From positions 128,001-177,422 of IMG/VR virus record IMGVR_UViG_3300020048_000019: a stretch of DNA of 49,422 nucleotides. One strand, 5' to 3'. Under the pieces are notes generated by a model. It was given only the letters and a program-made list of their open reading frames with translations, was not told the DNA's origin and did not search any database. Positions 46,537 to 49,422 of this stretch are shown piece after piece. The position numbers and the translations under genes are program-made. The DNA is from a virus. Lineage: Duplodnaviria; Heunggongvirae; Uroviricota; Caudoviricetes. Position 1 is the stretch's first letter. Each line of letters begins with the position of its first letter.

Positions 46537-47037
46537 ATGCAAATTTTAACCCTAGACAACTCCTGTTACGATCTTGACCACTTGCCCGAAGAAGTGGATG
46601 ACATGCGCTTTGCCATACTTGACAACAGTGATCCCAAAGAACCCGACTATCATTTTATTCCACTAATCTTTTTGGAAAGCTTTAATAGTCCTGCTCTAGT
46701 GTTACGCATTGGCAACAACACAATCAAGATGCCCATGGACTGGCAAGTACTGATTGGCGAACCTGATGTGGGTGATCTCGAAGTGTTGCCATTAACAAGT
46801 ATCAATGATCGCGGATTCAAGGTGTTTCAGTTCAATCCGCTCTCTAGTTACCGTCCCAGCTTTCCTGATATTGAAATCCTGGATGTGTATCATGATGTGA
46901 GTTGGTATGCACCCAAGCTCAAGAATGGGCAAATGCTAGCAGTGCCATTAAACAATGAACCTGAACCTGATTGCATCTATTTTGTAAAAGATGTAAGCCG
47001 CAACTGTGAAATCGTCAACTATAACTTGGCTTGGTAA
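46537..47037 (+). CDS. Beta-rich hypothetical protein
   Basis: 166-aa ORF with its own promoter. Confidence 0.75.
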   Translation: MQILTLDNSCYDLDHLPEEVDDMRFAILDNSDPKEPDYHFIPLIFLESFNSPALVLRIGNNTIKMPMDWQVLIGEPDVGDLEVLPLTSINDRGFKVFQFNPLSSYRPSFPDIEILDVYHDVSWYAPKLKNGQMLAVPLNNEPEPDCIYFVKDVSRNCEIVNYNLAW

Positions 47038-47039
47038 AC

Positions 47040-47297
47040 ATGGGCACCTTGACTCCAGGCGCAACTTACATCTATGAACGAGTTGGCGAAACTGTGTTTA
47101 GGCGCGAAAGTGGCCAGACTGAACGCGAAGTTGTGGGGTACGATCATCGCACGTCCGATGGCAGTCCCTTGCATGATCAGTTAATAGAAGACAAGCTATG
47201 GGGCAACATTCGGCGATCGGCCCCCAGCAACCCTGCTTTACAAGATGCCCTGGATCGTGCTATAATGATCTACAACTTGAGCAAAACCCATGAGTGA
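47040..47297 (+). CDS. Hypothetical protein
   Basis: ATG 47040; YIYER.G.TV..R..G. Confidence 0.7.
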   Translation: MGTLTPGATYIYERVGETVFRRESGQTEREVVGYDHRTSDGSPLHDQLIEDKLWGNIRRSAPSNPALQDALDRAIMIYNLSKTHE

Positions 47298-47736
47298 CAA
47301 ATTAAATATTGCCAACGAAATGCGAGTGTTTGACCGCAAGGATCGAACATTCTACGACAATCTAACGCCCGAAGAGCGAAAGAAGTTCAGCAACTTTCTA
47401 ATGATACGCTGGGGCAGTGCAGTAGAAGGCTCACGTGACTTGCAAGAGTTTTATGTGATCAGCTGCAACGAACACTTCAACAAGCACTTTTTTGATCTAG
47501 GCAAGCATCCTAAACTGCAATGGCTCTTGGCTACTACAGTAAGTCCAGATCTGGGCACACCAAGACATCCGTGGATTGCACCCAAGAAAAGAGAAGCAGG
47601 ACTTAGTGCCAAGCGCCGGGCTTTGATAGAAATGTATCCGCACTACAAGGACGATGAAATTGATGTGATGGCACAACTGGTCACACAAAAAGAAATTGAT
47701 GCCTACAACAAGTCTGCCGGACAAGAAAAGAAATGA
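47290..47736 (+). CDS. Possible clamp-loader small subunit (T4 gp62-like)
   Basis: FS.FL..RW.S...NE..N......HP.LQW....V......W pattern reminiscent of gp62. Confidence 0.45.
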   Translation: MSDKLNIANEMRVFDRKDRTFYDNLTPEERKKFSNFLMIRWGSAVEGSRDLQEFYVISCNEHFNKHFFDLGKHPKLQWLLATTVSPDLGTPRHPWIAPKKREAGLSAKRRALIEMYPHYKDDEIDVMAQLVTQKEIDAYNKSAGQEKK

Positions 47737-47768
47737 TTCAACTACATTCAAGAGCATAAAATACTAAC

Positions 47769-48443
47769 ATGAGCTACGAATGTGAATTTTGTAAAAAGAC
47801 CTTTGCCAAAGAAAGTACAATTGTATCTCATGTGTGTGAGCCCAAGCGCAGGCGTCTAGAACAAAACGACCGCGGAGTGCAACTGGGCCTGCAAGCATAC
47901 TGTCAGTTCTATCGGCAAGTGCAAGGTGGCGGCCGAGGCAAAACGTTCAATGACTTTGCAGACAGTCCATACTACAGAGCCTTTGTAAAGTTTGGACGCT
48001 ATTGCATCGATACCAGAGTAATCAATCCGTCACGCATGATTGTGTGGTTGTTAAAAAACAACAAAAAAATTGACAACTGGTGTTCAGATCGTGTGTATAC
48101 TGAATACCTAATCAGTCACTTGCAAACAGAGGCTGTAGACGATGCACTCACAAGAGCAATTGAGTTTGGCATAGACTGGGCCGAAAAGAATTCCGCGCAG
48201 CCACAAGATTGTTTGAGATATGGCAACACCAATGCTGTATGCTTTGCAGTCGCAGCGGGGCGGATCAGTCCTTGGGTGATCTACAACTCAGAATCAGGAC
48301 AACAGTTTCTGGCCAGTTTGAACCCCGAGCAGGTGAGCATGATCTGGACCTATATCAACAGTGACATCTGGAGCAAGCGGTTTGCAGAGCACGTGGAAGA
48401 TCAGGCTTATGCACAGGAAATACTAACAAGAGCAGGATGGTAA
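47769..48443 (+). CDS. Zinc-finger-containing hypothetical protein
   Basis: N-terminal CEFC.K.F..E.....H.C. Confidence 0.7.
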   Translation: MSYECEFCKKTFAKESTIVSHVCEPKRRRLEQNDRGVQLGLQAYCQFYRQVQGGGRGKTFNDFADSPYYRAFVKFGRYCIDTRVINPSRMIVWLLKNNKKIDNWCSDRVYTEYLISHLQTEAVDDALTRAIEFGIDWAEKNSAQPQDCLRYGNTNAVCFAVAAGRISPWVIYNSESGQQFLASLNPEQVSMIWTYINSDIWSKRFAEHVEDQAYAQEILTRAGW

Positions 48444-48444
48444 C

Positions 48445-48792
48445 ATGATTAGAAACATCACAGGCGGAGCAGGTATACACATTTCAGGCAGCGTGTACAA
48501 CGCTCCGTACATTGACACCACTAGAGCCAGTGCCGGCATGGTGCGATACATCGGCGGCAACCTTGAAGTGTATGATGGTAGCTCGTGGTTGCCATTACAG
48601 TCTAGCTATCCACAAATTGAACTAGACAGCATGACACTAGAAGCTGTGCAATGGGTATGGCTCAGGATGGAACGAGAAAAACACATGGTTGAACTGGCAA
48701 AGACTCATCCTTCGGTAGCCGATGCGCTGTTGGCTAGAGATCGCGCAGAAGATGCGCTGAACATTGTGACAACCTTGTGTGATACCAAATGA
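48445..48792 (+). CDS. Hypothetical protein
   Basis: 115 aa; G.VRY....LEVYDG..W followed by a coiled coil. Confidence 0.65.
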   Translation: MIRNITGGAGIHISGSVYNAPYIDTTRASAGMVRYIGGNLEVYDGSSWLPLQSSYPQIELDSMTLEAVQWVWLRMEREKHMVELAKTHPSVADALLARDRAEDALNIVTTLCDTK

Positions 48793-49343
48793 GTGCAGAC
48801 ATTGATATTGACATGCCCGACAGGGCTGCGATACTGAACTTGATTCAACACACTCCTGCACGGCAAGATGCCACGGGACGAAAGCACAACTCAGGCATCT
48901 ATGTAACAGACATTCCACAAGATCCTGTGCATGGTGTAGCTGCAATAGACTACGAAACTGCCGAAGCTCGTGGCTACTTCAAGCTGGACTTTTTGAACAT
49001 GAGTGTGTATCAACTGGTACAAAGCCCTGAGCACTATGAGCAACTGCTGGCACAAGAACCTGATTGGCAACGACTATGGACGGATACTGAGTGGGCTCAA
49101 CAGCTGGTACACATTGGCAGTTATACTGATTTGCTTAGAGCAATGAAGCCGGACAGCATACCTAGAATGGCTGCATTTATCAGTATTATTAGGCCGGGAA
49201 AAGCGCATTTGCAGCGGCGTGCCTGGGCAGAAGTATTTGCTGGGGTATGGGATGGGGACGATAGCCGGGGCTATACGTTTAAAAAGAGTCACTCAATTTC
49301 TTACGCCGCATTGGTTGCACTTCATATGAACCTGCTGACTTAG
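48789..49343 (+). CDS. Miniature DNA polymerase III alpha (DnaE)-like protein
   Basis: DIDID, H.SG, KLDFL, RPG and Y.F.KSH..SYA motifs in only 184 aa. Confidence 0.8.
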   Translation: MSADIDIDMPDRAAILNLIQHTPARQDATGRKHNSGIYVTDIPQDPVHGVAAIDYETAEARGYFKLDFLNMSVYQLVQSPEHYEQLLAQEPDWQRLWTDTEWAQQLVHIGSYTDLLRAMKPDSIPRMAAFISIIRPGKAHLQRRAWAEVFAGVWDGDDSRGYTFKKSHSISYAALVALHMNLLT

Positions 49344-49422
49344 TCAATACGTTTGACCAAAGTGATCGATTTGCGTTTGGATTTTTTACGGGCTAGATCT
49401 GCTAGACTGCAAACCGGGCCAT
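49340..49422 (-). CDS. 3' end of a convergent gene running in from outside the window
   Basis: ...GPVCSLADLARKKSKRKSITLVKRID*; its stop overlaps the DnaE-like stop. Confidence 0.55.
   Translation of the reverse strand, partial: GPVCSLADLARKKSKRKSITLVKRID

Noticed and set aside
47755-47768. Late promoter before the zinc-finger gene
   Set aside because: The sequence is TAAAATA rather than TAAATA and lacks a good -35 box; not counted
1-49422. Alternative genetic code, DGR/retron, inteins or introns
   Set aside because: Core genes are intact and end normally in code 11; no RT motifs; terminase, UvsX and UvsW are of normal length

Overview
A 49.4-kb segment of a large lytic dsDNA myovirus distantly related to the T4 superfamily. 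It uses the standard genetic code and is densely coded, almost all on the + strand. Order: tail sheath (partial), tail tube and a tube-fold paralogue, gp4-like head-completion nuclease, and putative small terminase (1-3975). Next come probable internal-head proteins with T4 capsid-targeting-like N-termini (3997-8027), a long fibre/appendage region with Ala/Thr-rich repeats (8038-20170), and a radical-SAM/2OG-Fe(II)/SGNH-like enzyme cluster followed by the large terminase (20215-25354). Then gp32, uvsX and uvsY with accessory enzymes inserted between them (27271-32242), and a ~8-kb glycosyl-/methyltransferase locus with an inverted block and a +1-frameshifted first gene (32443-40581). The last part holds an array of sigma70 promoter-small ORF cassettes, an AAA ATPase, uvsW, a PRMT-like methyltransferase, a gp62-like protein and a miniature DnaE-like protein. 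Many genes start 4-7 nt after a TAAATA or TATAAT box, which suggests leaderless mRNAs. I found no tRNA, rRNA, CRISPR array, integrase or reverse transcriptase. All functional calls come from motif recognition by eye; no database search was run.
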